DNA of 64,000 nt from Sumerlaeia bacterium (GCA_040219255.1 JAVJSW010000060.1:224001-288000); one strand, 5' to 3'. Shown: positions 28,927 through 39,909, counted from the stretch's first letter. The notes: generated from the sequence alone by a model not told the origin. A program made the numbers and translations.

Positions 28927-29601
28927 TTATCCTGGCTGGCCCATGCGGCTGATGAAGTCGTTGGCTTCCGCGATGCTCTGATTCATCTCTTCGATCAGAG
29001 TCGCGATGTCTTGCTCGAGGATGTTGACCTCGCCCTGGAGCGACGCGATGGCCTGGGCGTTGAGGTTGTGCTTGAGGTAGAGCACCTGATCGCGGAAGGC
29101 GTCGAGGATCGGGTACATCTTCTGCTCCGCTTGGCGCATGGTGCGGATCAGTTGGTCGGCCTGGACGCGGGTTTCGCGAAGCTTGCGCTCGCTGTCGGCG
29201 CGCAGCCGGGGGCTCGTGTACTGCTCCAACTCCTGCTCCCACTCGCGGAAAAGGTCTTCCGAGACTTCTTCGATGGAATCGATGCGCTCGCGCACTTCCT
29301 GGGCGCGGGCTTCGCTCCGCTCGAAGTCGGTGTTCAGCTTCTCATACTTGCCGGCGAGGTTCGAGTCCTCCATGGCGACGATGCTGCGGAATCGATCCAG
29401 GGCGCTTTGGAACTGCTCCTTGGCGTCTTCCTGGCTGTCGCGGGCCTTTTCGACCCGGTTGACCAGGATATCGCGTTTCTCCTGACCCCAGGTTTCCATC
29501 CAGTTGTAATACATTCGTGAGCAGCCGCCGAGCGCCACCGGCGCCCCCGCCAGAGCGAGCACCACGGCCGCCATCTTGATCCAGCGCATGAAATCGTTCA
29601 T
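28927..29601 (-). CDS. DUF2959 family coiled-coil lipoprotein
   Basis: LGGC lipobox; EKRDILVNRVEKARDSQ...EQFQSAL...LYLKHNLNAQAIASL. Confidence 0.85.
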   Translation of the reverse strand: MNDFMRWIKMAAVVLALAGAPVALGGCSRMYYNWMETWGQEKRDILVNRVEKARDSQEDAKEQFQSALDRFRSIVAMEDSNLAGKYEKLNTDFERSEARAQEVRERIDSIEEVSEDLFREWEQELEQYTSPRLRADSERKLRETRVQADQLIRTMRQAEQKMYPILDAFRDQVLYLKHNLNAQAIASLQGEVNILEQDIATLIEEMNQSIAEANDFISRMGQPG

Positions 29602-29862
29602 CGGGTCGTAAGCCTTCCTCAGGTCATTCGGTATGGCGCGCTTCCCATGGCAAGAGCCGCGCCTGTTGTCTCTTGCGACAGATAAGGGCCCGGAGAAGTT
29701 CCCACCGGCGGTCTGGCGTTGTGCCTTTTTTCCCGCCCCGGCCAATCTCGCTGGCTTTCTGGACTTGTGCCAAGGGCGGCGCAAGGCCTACCCCAAGGAA
29801 GATCGTTCGCACAACGCGAAAGCCCTCCCGCTCCATCTCTCTCCCGCGAGGACCTCTGGCCC

Positions 29863-30435
29863 ATGCGCATCGGCATTTTTGGCGGCACCTTCGATCCGCC
29901 GCACAATTCGCACCTGATGGCGTGCCTGTGGGCGCTGAACACCGGCGAGGTGGACCGCGTCCTGATGATTCCGACGGCGCGCCACGCCTTCGGCAAGGAG
30001 CCCGCCGCTCCCTTTGCCCACCGGTTGGCGATGTGCGCCGCCGCGGCCCAGGTCTTCGCCCCCGGCCGCATCGAAATCAGCGACATCGAAGGGCGCCGCG
30101 AAGGCACCTCCTACATGGTCGATACGGTCGAGCAGCTTCTCGGCGAGCGCCCGGGCGAACAGTTCCGCCTGATCGTGGGCAGCGACATCATCGATTCGCT
30201 GCCGAAATGGCGGGCCGCGGACCGGCTGACGGATATGGCCCCGGTGTTGGAAGTGCCCCGCATCTCTGCCACCGATCCGAACCAGAGCAAATACAAGGAG
30301 TTTCTCGGCGCGGTGCCCATGCTGTCCTCCACGGAAGTGCGCCAGCGCCTCGCCCAGGGCGGCGACGTGCGCGGCCTGATCCCGGCGCCGGTGGTCGAGT
30401 ATATCCGGGCCCACGGATTGTACTCGGCTGCGTGA
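29863..30435 (+). CDS. nadD: Nicotinate-nucleotide adenylyltransferase
   Basis: MRIGIFGGTFDPPHNSH, LIVGSD, LSSTEVR, YIRAHGLY. Confidence 0.92.
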   Translation: MRIGIFGGTFDPPHNSHLMACLWALNTGEVDRVLMIPTARHAFGKEPAAPFAHRLAMCAAAAQVFAPGRIEISDIEGRREGTSYMVDTVEQLLGERPGEQFRLIVGSDIIDSLPKWRAADRLTDMAPVLEVPRISATDPNQSKYKEFLGAVPMLSSTEVRQRLAQGGDVRGLIPAPVVEYIRAHGLYSAA

Positions 30436-30456
30436 CAGAGGCGTGCCCCCGCCCCC

Positions 30457-31560
30457 TTATGCCACCGTCACGTCCTTGCAGAGGTACACGTCCTGGATGG
30501 CGTGCAGGAGTTTGACGCCTTCGCCGAAGGGGCGCTGGAAGGCTTTTCGCCCGCTGATGAGGCCCATGCCGCCGGCGCGCTTGTTGATGACGGCGGTGCG
30601 GACGGCCTGGGCGAAGTCGTTGTCGCCGCTGGCGCCGCCGCTGTTGATCAGGCCCGCCTTGCCCATGTAACAGTTCGCCACCTGATACCGGCACAGGTCG
30701 ATGGGGTGGTCGCTGGCCAGTTCGCTGTAGATGCGCTTGTCGAACTTGCCATAGCTACTGTCGCCCATGTTGAGCGCCTGATAGCCGCCGTTGTTCTCCG
30801 GCAGCTTCTGCTTGATGATATCCGCCTGGATGGTCACGCCCAGGTGGTTGGCCTGGCCCGTCAGGTCGGCGGACACATGGTAGTCGGTGCCGTTCTGCTT
30901 GAAGGCGCCGTTGCGCAAATAACACCACAGGATAGTCGCCAGGCCCAGCTCGTGGGCGCGGTGAAAGGCCTCGCTGACTTCGATGATCTGGCGGCTGGCG
31001 GTTTCGCTGCCGAAGTAGATCGTCGCGCCCACCGCCACGGCGCCCATGTCGAAGGCTTGCTCGACATTGCCGAACATGATCTGATCGTATTGGTTCGGAT
31101 AGGTCAGCAGTTCGTTGTGGTTGAGCTTCACGATGAACGGAATGCGGTGGGCGTACTTGCGCGCCACCGAGCCGAGAACACCGAGCGTGGAGGCCACGCC
31201 GTTGCAGCCGCCCTCGATGGCGAGCTTCACGATGTTCTCGCCGTCGAAATACATCGGATTTTTGGCGAAGCTGGCGCCGGCGCTGTGCTCGATGCCCTGG
31301 TCCACTGGCAGGATCGACACGAAGCCGGTGTTGGCCAGCCGGCCGTGGCCGAGGAGTTGCTGCAGGCTGCGAAGCACCGGCGTCGGGCGGTCGCTCAGGG
31401 CGTAGGATTGATCCACGTAGTCGGGCCCGGGGAGGGTCAGGTGCTCTTTGGAAATCGTCTCGCACTTGTGGTTGAGCAGCGAGTCGGCCTCGCGGCCGAG
31501 CACGTCGGAAATGCGCCCGATATCGAGCACGTCCATCGGTTGGTCTGCCAAAGCGGTCAT
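30457..31560 (-). CDS. fbaB: Class I fructose-bisphosphate aldolase
   Basis: [38 protein letters not shown]. Confidence 0.96.
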   Translation of the reverse strand: MTALADQPMDVLDIGRISDVLGREADSLLNHKCETISKEHLTLPGPDYVDQSYALSDRPTPVLRSLQQLLGHGRLANTGFVSILPVDQGIEHSAGASFAKNPMYFDGENIVKLAIEGGCNGVASTLGVLGSVARKYAHRIPFIVKLNHNELLTYPNQYDQIMFGNVEQAFDMGAVAVGATIYFGSETASRQIIEVSEAFHRAHELGLATILWCYLRNGAFKQNGTDYHVSADLTGQANHLGVTIQADIIKQKLPENNGGYQALNMGDSSYGKFDKRIYSELASDHPIDLCRYQVANCYMGKAGLINSGGASGDNDFAQAVRTAVINKRAGGMGLISGRKAFQRPFGEGVKLLHAIQDVYLCKDVTVA

Positions 31561-31698
31561 GGGGGGACTCCTTCGCGGGAATGGATGCGGGGCGAACCCG
31601 CGTTCCGGAACGCGGCGCAAGGGCCGCGCCACATCACGGAAGGAAGAGTAGCAAAGGGGACGGAGAAAGGCAACCCGAGGTGGAACATCCAGGAAATT

Positions 31699-31886
31699 GG
31701 CCACAGATGAACACGGATAGGCTCAGATAATTCTCGAGGAAGTGTGGCTCGGGAGAGACTGATTTCGCATGAAAGAAGAGATTTGGGGCAGGGTCCTCAA
31801 AGCCAACCATGCACCAAAGGAGGGGATCGAGAGATTACTCCCACGCCCACTCCCCCATCATCTGCGCCATCGGCGTCATCTGTGGC
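31699..31886. repeat. Paired inverted intergenic repeat (type A), MITE/REP-like
   Basis: GCCACAGATGA... at left and ...TCATCTGTGGC at right (11-bp perfect inverted ends). Confidence 0.7.
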
Positions 31887-31901
31887 TAAAACCAAACAGC
31901 A

Positions 31902-32789
31902 TCAGTCCCGGTAGCGCTTCAGCAAATCGCCATACAGATCGATGCGGCGGTCGCGGAAGAAGGGCCAGGCGCGGCGGACGCGGTCCACGTTGGCGGTGTC
32001 GTAGGTCACGACGAGCACTTGCTCCTGATCGCGCTCGGCCTTGGCGAGAAACTCTCCCTGGCAACCGGTCATGAAGCTTTGGCCCCAGAAGGTCATGCCC
32101 TTGCGTTCGGCGCCGGGGCTGGGCTCCCAGCCGGTGCGGTTGATGCTGATGACGGGGACGCAGTTTGCCACCGAATGGCCGCGCTGCACCGTGGTCCAGG
32201 CTTCGATCTGGCGCGCGTGCTCGTCCTCCGGGTCTTCCGGTTTGAAGCCGATCGCCGTGGGGTAAATCAGGAACTCGGCGCCCGCCAGGGCCATCAGGCG
32301 CGCGGCCTCGGGATACCACTGATCCCAGCACACCAGCACGCCGAGCTTTCCAACGCTGGTCTGTATCGGCGACATGCCGGTATCGCCGGGGGTGAAGTAG
32401 AACTTCTCGTAATAGCCCGGGTCGTCGGGGATGTGGCTCTTGCGGTAAATGCCGGCGATCGAGCCGTCTTTCTCCAGCACCACGGCGGTGTTGTGATAGA
32501 GTCCGGGGCCGCGCTTCTCGAAGAGCGAAATGACGATCACGACGCCCAGCTCCTTGGCCAGCGCGCCGAACTCTTCGGTGGAGGGGCCGGGGATCGTTTC
32601 GCCCCAATCCTCGAACACCGCGTCCGCTTGCACTTGGCAGAAGTAGGGGCCGTTGTGGAGTTCCTGGAGACAGATAAGCTGAGCGCTCTGGGCGGCGGCG
32701 TCGCGGATTCCGGCTTTCAGCTTCGCCACATTGACGTCGCGGTCCGGGCCGCAGGTTTGCTGGACGAGTCCGACGGTGACATTCGGCAT
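31902..32789 (-). CDS. Carbon-nitrogen hydrolase (N-carbamoylputrescine amidase/beta-ureidopropionase-like)
   Basis: LQELH, YRKSHIPDDPGYYEKFYF, VCWDQW (E-K-C triad). Confidence 0.9.
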   Translation of the reverse strand: MPNVTVGLVQQTCGPDRDVNVAKLKAGIRDAAAQSAQLICLQELHNGPYFCQVQADAVFEDWGETIPGPSTEEFGALAKELGVVIVISLFEKRGPGLYHNTAVVLEKDGSIAGIYRKSHIPDDPGYYEKFYFTPGDTGMSPIQTSVGKLGVLVCWDQWYPEAARLMALAGAEFLIYPTAIGFKPEDPEDEHARQIEAWTTVQRGHSVANCVPVISINRTGWEPSPGAERKGMTFWGQSFMTGCQGEFLAKAERDQEQVLVVTYDTANVDRVRRAWPFFRDRRIDLYGDLLKRYRD

Positions 32790-32940
32790 GGTGGGGACGA
32801 TTCCTCGGGTGCAATGAGTTGCAATGGGAGCTAACGGCGGCGCGTCCGGGGTGCAAGCGGGGAAGTTGTCGCGAAGGATTCTGGAACCTCCGAGGGACGC
32901 GGAGGAACGCGGACTGGGGCGCCTGATCCTTCAAGATATC

Positions 32941-33060
32941 TCACCACGGAGACGCGGAGTCACGGAGATGATTGGTATAAGCCATGTTACGTTGGACTAC
33001 AGTGGGAAGCAAGCCCCTGAACAACTGAAGCATCTGTGCTCGACTGCGTCATCTGTGGCC
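32941..33060. repeat. Intergenic repeat pair (type B left end, type A right end)
   Basis: TCACCACGGAGACGCGGAGTCACGGAG and CATCTGTGCTCGACTGCGTCATCTGTGGCC. Confidence 0.6.
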
Positions 33061-33069
33061 AAAAATCAG

Positions 33070-33894
33070 TCATCCAGCCGCTCCAAAGACGATCCGGTTC
33101 CAGTTCTCCTCCAGGGCCCGCCGCGCCGCGTCCGGGACGGCGACGGTCATGTCGAGGTTCAGAAGGCTGAGCGACGCCGCACCCGCGTCGAGAATGATGT
33201 CGTCGCTGTCGGCCGGTTCGGTGCTTTTCTCCAGGTGCTTTCCGACATTCTTGTAATAAAGCAGATCGCCTTCTTCTCGTTCGAGCACGAAATCGTCCAC
33301 GAAAAACGAGGTGCCCTGATGGGTGAAGCGCAGGCCCTTGATTTCATCCAACGCCCGATTGGGCACGTTCAGGTTCCAGAAGTGACGCGGCGGCCAGTCC
33401 TGCTCGAGGAGCCAGGGAATGAGGCGGACGACCATCCGGGCGGCGGCGTCGAAGTGCTTCTCGCTTTTCTCGGCCGACACGGAGAGCGACGATGCCAGGG
33501 CCCGAAGGCCGAAGAAGGTGGCTTCCGTGGCGCCGGCCACGGTGCCCGAGTAGAACACCGAATTGCCGACGTTGCGGCCCCGGTTGATGCCGCTCAGCAC
33601 CAGGTCCGGGCGGTAATCGCCCAGCGCCGTCATGGCGAACTTCACGCAATCGGCCGGCGTGCCATCCACCGACCAGCCCCAGATCGAACCGTCGGGCCGG
33701 TAACGTTTCTGCACCGGCATGGCCAGGTTCAGCGACAGCGAGCATCCGGCGCCGGAGCGCTCGGACATCGGCGCCACCACCAGCAAATCGCAGCACCCCT
33801 CCAGCGCCTGGCGCAGCGCCTGGAGCCCGGGAGCGTCGATCCCGTCGTCGTTCACCAGCAATATTTTCGCACCTGAGAAATTGGCCTCGGTCAT
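33070..33894 (-). CDS. surE: 5'/3'-nucleotidase SurE
   Basis: ILLVNDDGIDAPG, GTPADCV, SGINRG.N, YSGTVAGA. Confidence 0.95.
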   Translation of the reverse strand: MTEANFSGAKILLVNDDGIDAPGLQALRQALEGCCDLLVVAPMSERSGAGCSLSLNLAMPVQKRYRPDGSIWGWSVDGTPADCVKFAMTALGDYRPDLVLSGINRGRNVGNSVFYSGTVAGATEATFFGLRALASSLSVSAEKSEKHFDAAARMVVRLIPWLLEQDWPPRHFWNLNVPNRALDEIKGLRFTHQGTSFFVDDFVLEREEGDLLYYKNVGKHLEKSTEPADSDDIILDAGAASLSLLNLDMTVAVPDAARRALEENWNRIVFGAAG

Positions 33895-34000
33895 TTTTCG
33901 TCCTTACTGTCGGTCATCTTTCCTTGTGACACCCTGACGAGACTCCGGTAGGCGTAACAAGCGAGAGTTTCTCGTCAGAACGATCCGCAAGAGCCGACCC

Positions 34001-37000
34001 ATGAAAACACCCGTCTTCCGTCCTTTCCAGCAAACCGGCCGCCTGGTGGCGCACCTGCTGACCATCGCTTTCACGGCGTCCTGCGCGATGGCCCAGCCCC
34101 CGGGCGAGTCGCCCTGGTGGGTGCAGCACGACTTGGGCCCGATGCTCGAATCGCGCCCGGCGGGGGAGAAGAACCCTCAAAGCGAGAAGGGCGAGCGGCC
34201 CCTGGTGGTCCTGCCGGAAATCGAGAATCCGGCCCTGGAACTGCTCAACGGCGAAGGCTTTCCCCTCGGATGGTCCGCCATTGGCGCGCCCGAAATCCTG
34301 AAGCACCCGGACGGCCGGGTGACGCTTCGGGCCAACAATCTCAATGGGCTGCGCCAGCAACTCGACCGGCCCGTGCCCTGGCAGCACCTGGGTTTCGCCT
34401 TTCGGGCCAAGGGCGAGTTGGGCGGCGAAGTCGCTACCGTGGCCTCGTTCTTTCCAGGGCGCGAGGAAGACATCCTGTTCCGCAATAGCTCGGGGGTTGT
34501 AGAGCAGGAATTCAAGACCCTCTACGGCACGATCCCGATCCTGCCCGGCGGCGATACGATGGAGATTCAGTTGCTCGGGATTCTGCCGCGCTACTGGGTC
34601 GAAATCGACGAGGTGGCGCTATTCGGCGAGAACTTCCTCGGTGGCGATTTCGAGGACGAATTCACGACCGGTGGTCTGGTGCCGTGGGTTCTGGAAGGCG
34701 GCGCGCGTCTGACCACGGACACGGTGCGCGGCGGCGAGCGGGCGCTGTACCTGCCGCCGGGGGCGAGTGCCACGGCGACGGTTGCGGCGATGGAAGGCTG
34801 GGAACAGTACGTCGAAGAATTCCACGTCCTCTTCGATCCGCGAAAATCCCTCCCGATCGGGATTGATCGGGTCTTCCTGGACTCCGGCGGCGCGGAGATT
34901 TCCATCGACCAAGAGATCTTTGCGATTACTTACGAACCAATCTGGAAGCGGGTCTTCCGCACGCCACCGAAGGCTCCGCCCGCTGGTGCTAGGGCCGCGC
35001 GTATCACCTTCAAGAACCTCTCTGATGTGAGGGTGCATATCGACGACATGGTGCGCGGCTTCATGACGGTGACCCCGGACCCGTTCGTTCTGGATCATCC
35101 CGAGCCGGACGCAGCGGTGCGCTTCATCGCGAGCTGGCCCGGATTCTTGAAGGACGACTTCCGCATCCGCCTATCCGATTCGATGGGTACGACGGTGGCC
35201 AGTTTTACCTCTCCGGTCCTGAGCCAGCGGGCGTCCGTCGCGGAATGGATCCCGCCTGCGGACCTGGAGCCCGGCTCCTACCAGGTCAACATCGCAACCC
35301 TCGATTCGGCCACCACGAGTATCTCGAGTTACATCACGGATACGGAGTTGATCGCCCGCCCGCCCTATGGCGACCCGGTAACGCTCGATCCGCCCGGCGG
35401 TTTCCCCATCGGAGCCTGGACCTATCTGGTCCGCACGGAAAACACCGAAGACGCCATCCGGCCCATCCTGGAAGCCTCGCAAGCGGACGGTTACACCTAC
35501 GCCCTCGTCTTCGCCAACACCGAGCAATGGCCGCTCGTGGCCTCCATCTGCGAGGACATCGGCCATCCCTTCGTGGCGGGGGATTTCGCTCTGCTGCGGC
35601 GCATCCGGGCCCAGCAAACCCTGGCGCCCTTCTCCTTCGCCGAATGGGAGGCGCTGATCGCCGAGACCATCGCCCCCGCCCTCGCCAGCCCCGCCTGCAT
35701 TGGTCACTACGTCGTGGACGAGCCCTTCACGCGGGAGTCCTGGCGCCGAGCCCACGCCGCCATTCAAATGGCCACGGTGATCCCGAACGGGAAAGGCACC
35801 CTGATGGCCATGGCGGGCGGCACGGTGGACGATGGCATCTATGATGTCATCGAGCCCCCGATCCATTTCTCGCCCGTCTATCGCCACCAGATCGGCCAGA
35901 TGGACGACGCCGAGCAACTCCGCGCGGTCTCGAACCTGGTCGAGGCGGAAGTGGCCCGCGCCACCGCCCGTGGCGTGCCCTACTGGTTTCTGCCCCAGGC
36001 CTTCGGCGACCCGGAACTGTTCCGCTTGCCGACCCCCGAGGCCAGCCGCGCCTACGTTGGAGTCGCCCTTGCCCATGGCGCGAAAGGCCTCGTGCCGTTT
36101 CTGTGGCAAGCCATCGGTGGCCTGGAAGGCACCCGCACCCTCAACCTTGATCCGACGCCGATTCACGCCGCCTGGAACCAGGAAATCGCCCGCGTGACCG
36201 CGCTCTCGGACCTGCTCCTGGGCGTCGCCGGCCACGCCCGCGTTCCCACGGCCAGCGGCAACTTCCTTGCCACCACGGCCACCGACGCCGCCGGCAGTAC
36301 GGTGCTCTTTCTCGTGAACTATGAAACTCGCGCCGCTCAGGAAATCGTTCTCGTTCCCCAGGATAACGCCCTTCGGCTGATCGACGCGGAAACAGGTGTC
36401 GAACTTCCAAGTACCTCAGGCAACACAGTCGTCGTCCTGGACCCTGGCCATTGGCGGGCGTTCCTCTTGAGGGGGGGCGGATCGCACGAATTTCAGGAAA
36501 TCAGCAGCCGGATCATCGTTCCGGCGGACGATTCGCTGGCGCTGCCGGTGCTGCTCGATCGCACGTTCCCGGGACTGACGATCTGGGACGCGGATTTCAC
36601 TGCCGATGGCGTGCTCTGGGCCGCTGCGGCGGAGACGGCCATCGTCTCCGGCAGCCGCGAGGGCCAATCCGCCAGTCAGATCCCATCCGCCGGGCAGGCT
36701 CGCCGAATCGCCCACATCGACAACGGCGCCGCCTACGTGGCCGATTGGCTGCGCGGCGTTTATCGCTTCGAACACGCCGAACAAGAACTCCTGCCCTCCT
36801 TCCTGAACCAAACCGGCCTCGCCTACGACATCGCGGCGGGCGGCGACTTCATCGCCATCAGCATGGCGGAATGGGGCGTGCGGCGCCTCGCCGAGGTCGA
36901 GGGCGAGACCTTCCTGGCGTCCGACGGCGTCATCTTTCCCGACAACTTGGCTTTCAGCCTGCACGGCCCGCTCGATGGCGGCGAAATTCTATTCTCCGAT

Positions 37001-37459
37001 TACGACGCCGGTCTGACGCTCTGGCCCGGCCCAGAGGGCGGCGACGTCGCCGAACAGGCCGATGGGCTCCGGTGGTGGCGTGGGGCGGTCTCGGTCGACG
37101 AGTCGCTCCTCGCGGTCGCCCGCAACGCGCTCGGCTTTTCGCTGCACCGATTGGACGAGGACGGCCAGGTGACCCAATCGCGCCGCCATTCGGGTTTGAC
37201 CCACTGGGCCGAGAACATGGCCTGGATCGGCCCGCGTCAGCTGGCGGTCGCCGACACCGAAGGCCACGTTCTGTTCTTCGACGTCGGCGAGGACCTGGCG
37301 GTCGAGCCGGCGGGGCGGTGGAATCGGGGCACTTTCGACGCCGCCCTGCTCGCCCTAGCGAGCGACGGCGCCACGCGTCTTCTCCTGGGCTACGACGATG
37401 GCCGGGTGATCCTGCTCAACGTGCAGGACTTGGCGCCGGCGGGCTGGATGCTCTATTGA
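34001..37459 (+). CDS. Large secreted multidomain protein (CBM-like, GH-like barrel, beta-propeller) with Trp tail
   Basis: Signal peptide; GGDFE CBM-like start; YVVDEP, WFLPQAF, ALAHGAKG barrel-like motifs; propeller-like repeats; ends PAGWMLY. Confidence 0.7.
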   Translation: MKTPVFRPFQQTGRLVAHLLTIAFTASCAMAQPPGESPWWVQHDLGPMLESRPAGEKNPQSEKGERPLVVLPEIENPALELLNGEGFPLGWSAIGAPEILKHPDGRVTLRANNLNGLRQQLDRPVPWQHLGFAFRAKGELGGEVATVASFFPGREEDILFRNSSGVVEQEFKTLYGTIPILPGGDTMEIQLLGILPRYWVEIDEVALFGENFLGGDFEDEFTTGGLVPWVLEGGARLTTDTVRGGERALYLPPGASATATVAAMEGWEQYVEEFHVLFDPRKSLPIGIDRVFLDSGGAEISIDQEIFAITYEPIWKRVFRTPPKAPPAGARAARITFKNLSDVRVHIDDMVRGFMTVTPDPFVLDHPEPDAAVRFIASWPGFLKDDFRIRLSDSMGTTVASFTSPVLSQRASVAEWIPPADLEPGSYQVNIATLDSATTSISSYITDTELIARPPYGDPVTLDPPGGFPIGAWTYLVRTENTEDAIRPILEASQADGYTYALVFANTEQWPLVASICEDIGHPFVAGDFALLRRIRAQQTLAPFSFAEWEALIAETIAPALASPACIGHYVVDEPFTRESWRRAHAAIQMATVIPNGKGTLMAMAGGTVDDGIYDVIEPPIHFSPVYRHQIGQMDDAEQLRAVSNLVEAEVARATARGVPYWFLPQAFGDPELFRLPTPEASRAYVGVALAHGAKGLVPFLWQAIGGLEGTRTLNLDPTPIHAAWNQEIARVTALSDLLLGVAGHARVPTASGNFLATTATDAAGSTVLFLVNYETRAAQEIVLVPQDNALRLIDAETGVELPSTSGNTVVVLDPGHWRAFLLRGGGSHEFQEISSRIIVPADDSLALPVLLDRTFPGLTIWDADFTADGVLWAAAAETAIVSGSREGQSASQIPSAGQARRIAHIDNGAAYVADWLRGVYRFEHAEQELLPSFLNQTGLAYDIAAGGDFIAISMAEWGVRRLAEVEGETFLASDGVIFPDNLAFSLHGPLDGGEILFSDYDAGLTLWPGPEGGDVAEQADGLRWWRGAVSVDESLLAVARNALGFSLHRLDEDGQVTQSRRHSGLTHWAENMAWIGPRQLAVADTEGHVLFFDVGEDLAVEPAGRWNRGTFDAALLALASDGATRLLLGYDDGRVILLNVQDLAPAGWMLY

Positions 37460-37537
37460 CCTGGATGCTTTTGGGACCCTGAGAGCCGGTTTCCGGGGGC
37501 ACTCCACGCCGTCGTCCGGCGCGCCGCCGGGAACGGG

Positions 37538-37957
37538 CTAAACGCCGTACCAGCTCCGGCAGTCCTCGCGCAGCCAGTAGTAGATGATCGGACCGGTGAC
37601 GACCGCGGGACAAACGGCGAGGCTGGAAATGCTCATCAGGACGAGGCCGTAATACCACATCCAGCTCCGACGAGGGGGGAACACGCCGGCCAGATAGAGG
37701 GGTCCGAGAGCCAGCGACACGAGCACCAGCAGCAAGGCGCCGAGCCATCCTTCGGCGAAACCCACATTGTTGATGATCGCCGCGGCGCCGAGGAGTCCGA
37801 TGCCGCAAAGGAGCGCCATCAGCCCGCAAACGATCCGGAAGAGGATAATGACGTCCGGTTCGTCCATCTCGAACTCATCGTCCGAGGTCAAGAAGCGGCC
37901 GGAAGCGGCCGCGCCGGATGAGGGACCGTACGGCCCGGGTGCGGGTGGCGGGGTCAT
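37538..37957 (-). CDS. Small membrane protein
   Basis: Pro-rich N-terminus, 3-4 hydrophobic segments. Confidence 0.65.
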   Translation of the reverse strand: MTPPPAPGPYGPSSGAAASGRFLTSDDEFEMDEPDVIILFRIVCGLMALLCGIGLLGAAAIINNVGFAEGWLGALLLVLVSLALGPLYLAGVFPPRRSWMWYYGLVLMSISSLAVCPAVVTGPIIYYWLREDCRSWYGV

Positions 37958-38187
37958 GGGCGGTGTCTCCTTGCGTCGTGATGGAGCCGGTGCCGTGCCT
38001 GTCGATTGCTCTGCGAGTCAAGCCCCGGGAGAAGGCCGGGAGCAACGCGAAAGAAGAGCCGGCTCTTCTGGAATTACGCCCGGTGAATCCCGTTATTCCT
38101 TGCTCCGGACCAGACTTCGGGATTTCACTGGAGGGCAACTGATTGCACTCCGTTCCGACGAATCCCGATTCCGATCCAAAAGACCCG

Positions 38188-39909
38188 ATGAATTCAGACG
38201 CCACCATAGTTCTCAATGCCCACCGGCTCTACGTCGGGGGAAAAGCTCACACCCCTGTATTGCGTGCCCTGCTGGTAACGCCGGACGGCCAGGCCGCCCT
38301 CGGTACCCATGGGGACGGTCTGCTGTTGGGCCGGCTGGACAAGGACCGAAGCTGGCACCGGCTGACGAAAGAGCAGGGCTTGTCGTGGCGCAACGTGTCC
38401 GCGTTGGCGGCCAAGGATGACAACCTGTGGGTGGGGACGTCCGGCGGGGGAGCGGCGCTGATCCGGCGCTGGCGCTCGAGCGAGCCCGAGGTGTACGCGC
38501 TGCGGCCCTTCGCCCGGCGCCATCGCTACATCACCGGCGTCGGGCCGTGGGGCAGCGGGGCCTTCGTGGCCACGGCGGATGGTCTGCTGAGGCTCAACCA
38601 CAACGGCGAAATCGAAGAGGAATGGGCCCGCGAGACCTTCGGCCATGAATACCTGACGGCCCTCTGGGTGAACGAGGAAACTCACACCGTGGTGGCCGGC
38701 AATATCCGCGCCGGGATGATCTCGCGCGATGGCGGCGATAGCTGGACCGCACTTTGGCCGGAAGAGACCCAGGACGCCCGCCGCAACCGCGTCCGCCACA
38801 TCCTGCCGCTGCCGGGGGGCGATGGCTTTGCCGTCGCCACGGATGGGGGACTGGCGATTTCCCACGACATGGGGACCAGCTGGAACTGGCCGGAAACGGC
38901 GCTGGGCCCGGAGCCGCTGCGCCGGATCGCTTTCGCCGAGGACGGCACCGTCCTGGCCGCCAGTTACCAAGGGCTGCTGAACTGCCCCCTCGACGGCGGC
39001 GGCGTGGTCCTTCAGCCCCGCGAAGAGCACGGCCCCTCCAACGATATTTACGATGTGGCCGTTTGGCAGGGCGCCATTTACTTGGCGACCGGTGCGGGCT
39101 TGATCTCGACGGCGGCGAAGGCCCCGGCCACGCCCCCGCGAAAACCCGAGATCTTCGACCTGGAGCCGTTGCCCCTCAAGGACGGATGGCCCTTCCTCGC
39201 GATCGAGCGTCCCGTGGCGCCAGAGGATCAACCCTATCCCGATCAGACCTATCTCTTCGCCACGACCTGTGGCGGCGAGTTCCGCCCCCACGAAGGCATC
39301 GACGTGAACGTGATCCCGGACGCGCCGATGCGGGCCTGCGCCGCCGGCCGCATCCGCCGCGTCCGCGAACGCGACGGCAACGCGGTCTATCTGGACCACG
39401 ATCAGCGCTACAACGGCTGGATCATGACGACCGTGTACGTCCACAACAACAAGATCGTGGTGCGCGAGCACGAGCGTGTCGAACCGGGACAGATCATCGC
39501 GCTGGCGGGCGACAAGGGGCGCGCCACAAATTCACACCTGCACTACGAAGTGCGCTGGCGGCCCGAAGATGTGTCGCTCGACAAGAGCTTCGTCACCAAT
39601 CCGGGGCTCTGGCTCAAACCGGCGGAACCGAACCTGGGGGCGGTGGCGTTTCGCTACATCAAGGGCCAGGAACCGGTGCGAATCACCGGCATCGCCAAGC
39701 CCTATCCGGCCGAGACGCCCTTCGCCTACGCCGAATCGCCCCACCCGAGCCTGATCTTCGACGCCCCCGGCAGTGGCTGGATCGTGATCAGCGACGTCCC
39801 CGCGGGGCGCCACGCCCTGGAATTCCGGCAAGGAAATCGCATCTCCCGCGCCGCGGTCACGGTCGAGGCGGGCGCTCTGCGCCTCTTCGACTTGCCACCG
39901 ATGGGTTGA
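38188..39909 (+). CDS. M23 family metallopeptidase fused to N-terminal beta-propeller
   Basis: LWVGTSGGG, VATADGL, SRDGGDSW repeats; HEGID and HLHYE Zn motifs. Confidence 0.8.
   Translation: MNSDATIVLNAHRLYVGGKAHTPVLRALLVTPDGQAALGTHGDGLLLGRLDKDRSWHRLTKEQGLSWRNVSALAAKDDNLWVGTSGGGAALIRRWRSSEPEVYALRPFARRHRYITGVGPWGSGAFVATADGLLRLNHNGEIEEEWARETFGHEYLTALWVNEETHTVVAGNIRAGMISRDGGDSWTALWPEETQDARRNRVRHILPLPGGDGFAVATDGGLAISHDMGTSWNWPETALGPEPLRRIAFAEDGTVLAASYQGLLNCPLDGGGVVLQPREEHGPSNDIYDVAVWQGAIYLATGAGLISTAAKAPATPPRKPEIFDLEPLPLKDGWPFLAIERPVAPEDQPYPDQTYLFATTCGGEFRPHEGIDVNVIPDAPMRACAAGRIRRVRERDGNAVYLDHDQRYNGWIMTTVYVHNNKIVVREHERVEPGQIIALAGDKGRATNSHLHYEVRWRPEDVSLDKSFVTNPGLWLKPAEPNLGAVAFRYIKGQEPVRITGIAKPYPAETPFAYAESPHPSLIFDAPGSGWIVISDVPAGRHALEFRQGNRISRAAVTVEAGALRLFDLPPMG

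Noticed and set aside
28296-33060. CRISPR array interpretation of the CACAGATGA repeats
   Set aside because: Copies are inverted, degenerate and kilobases apart; no regular spacers; no cas genes.
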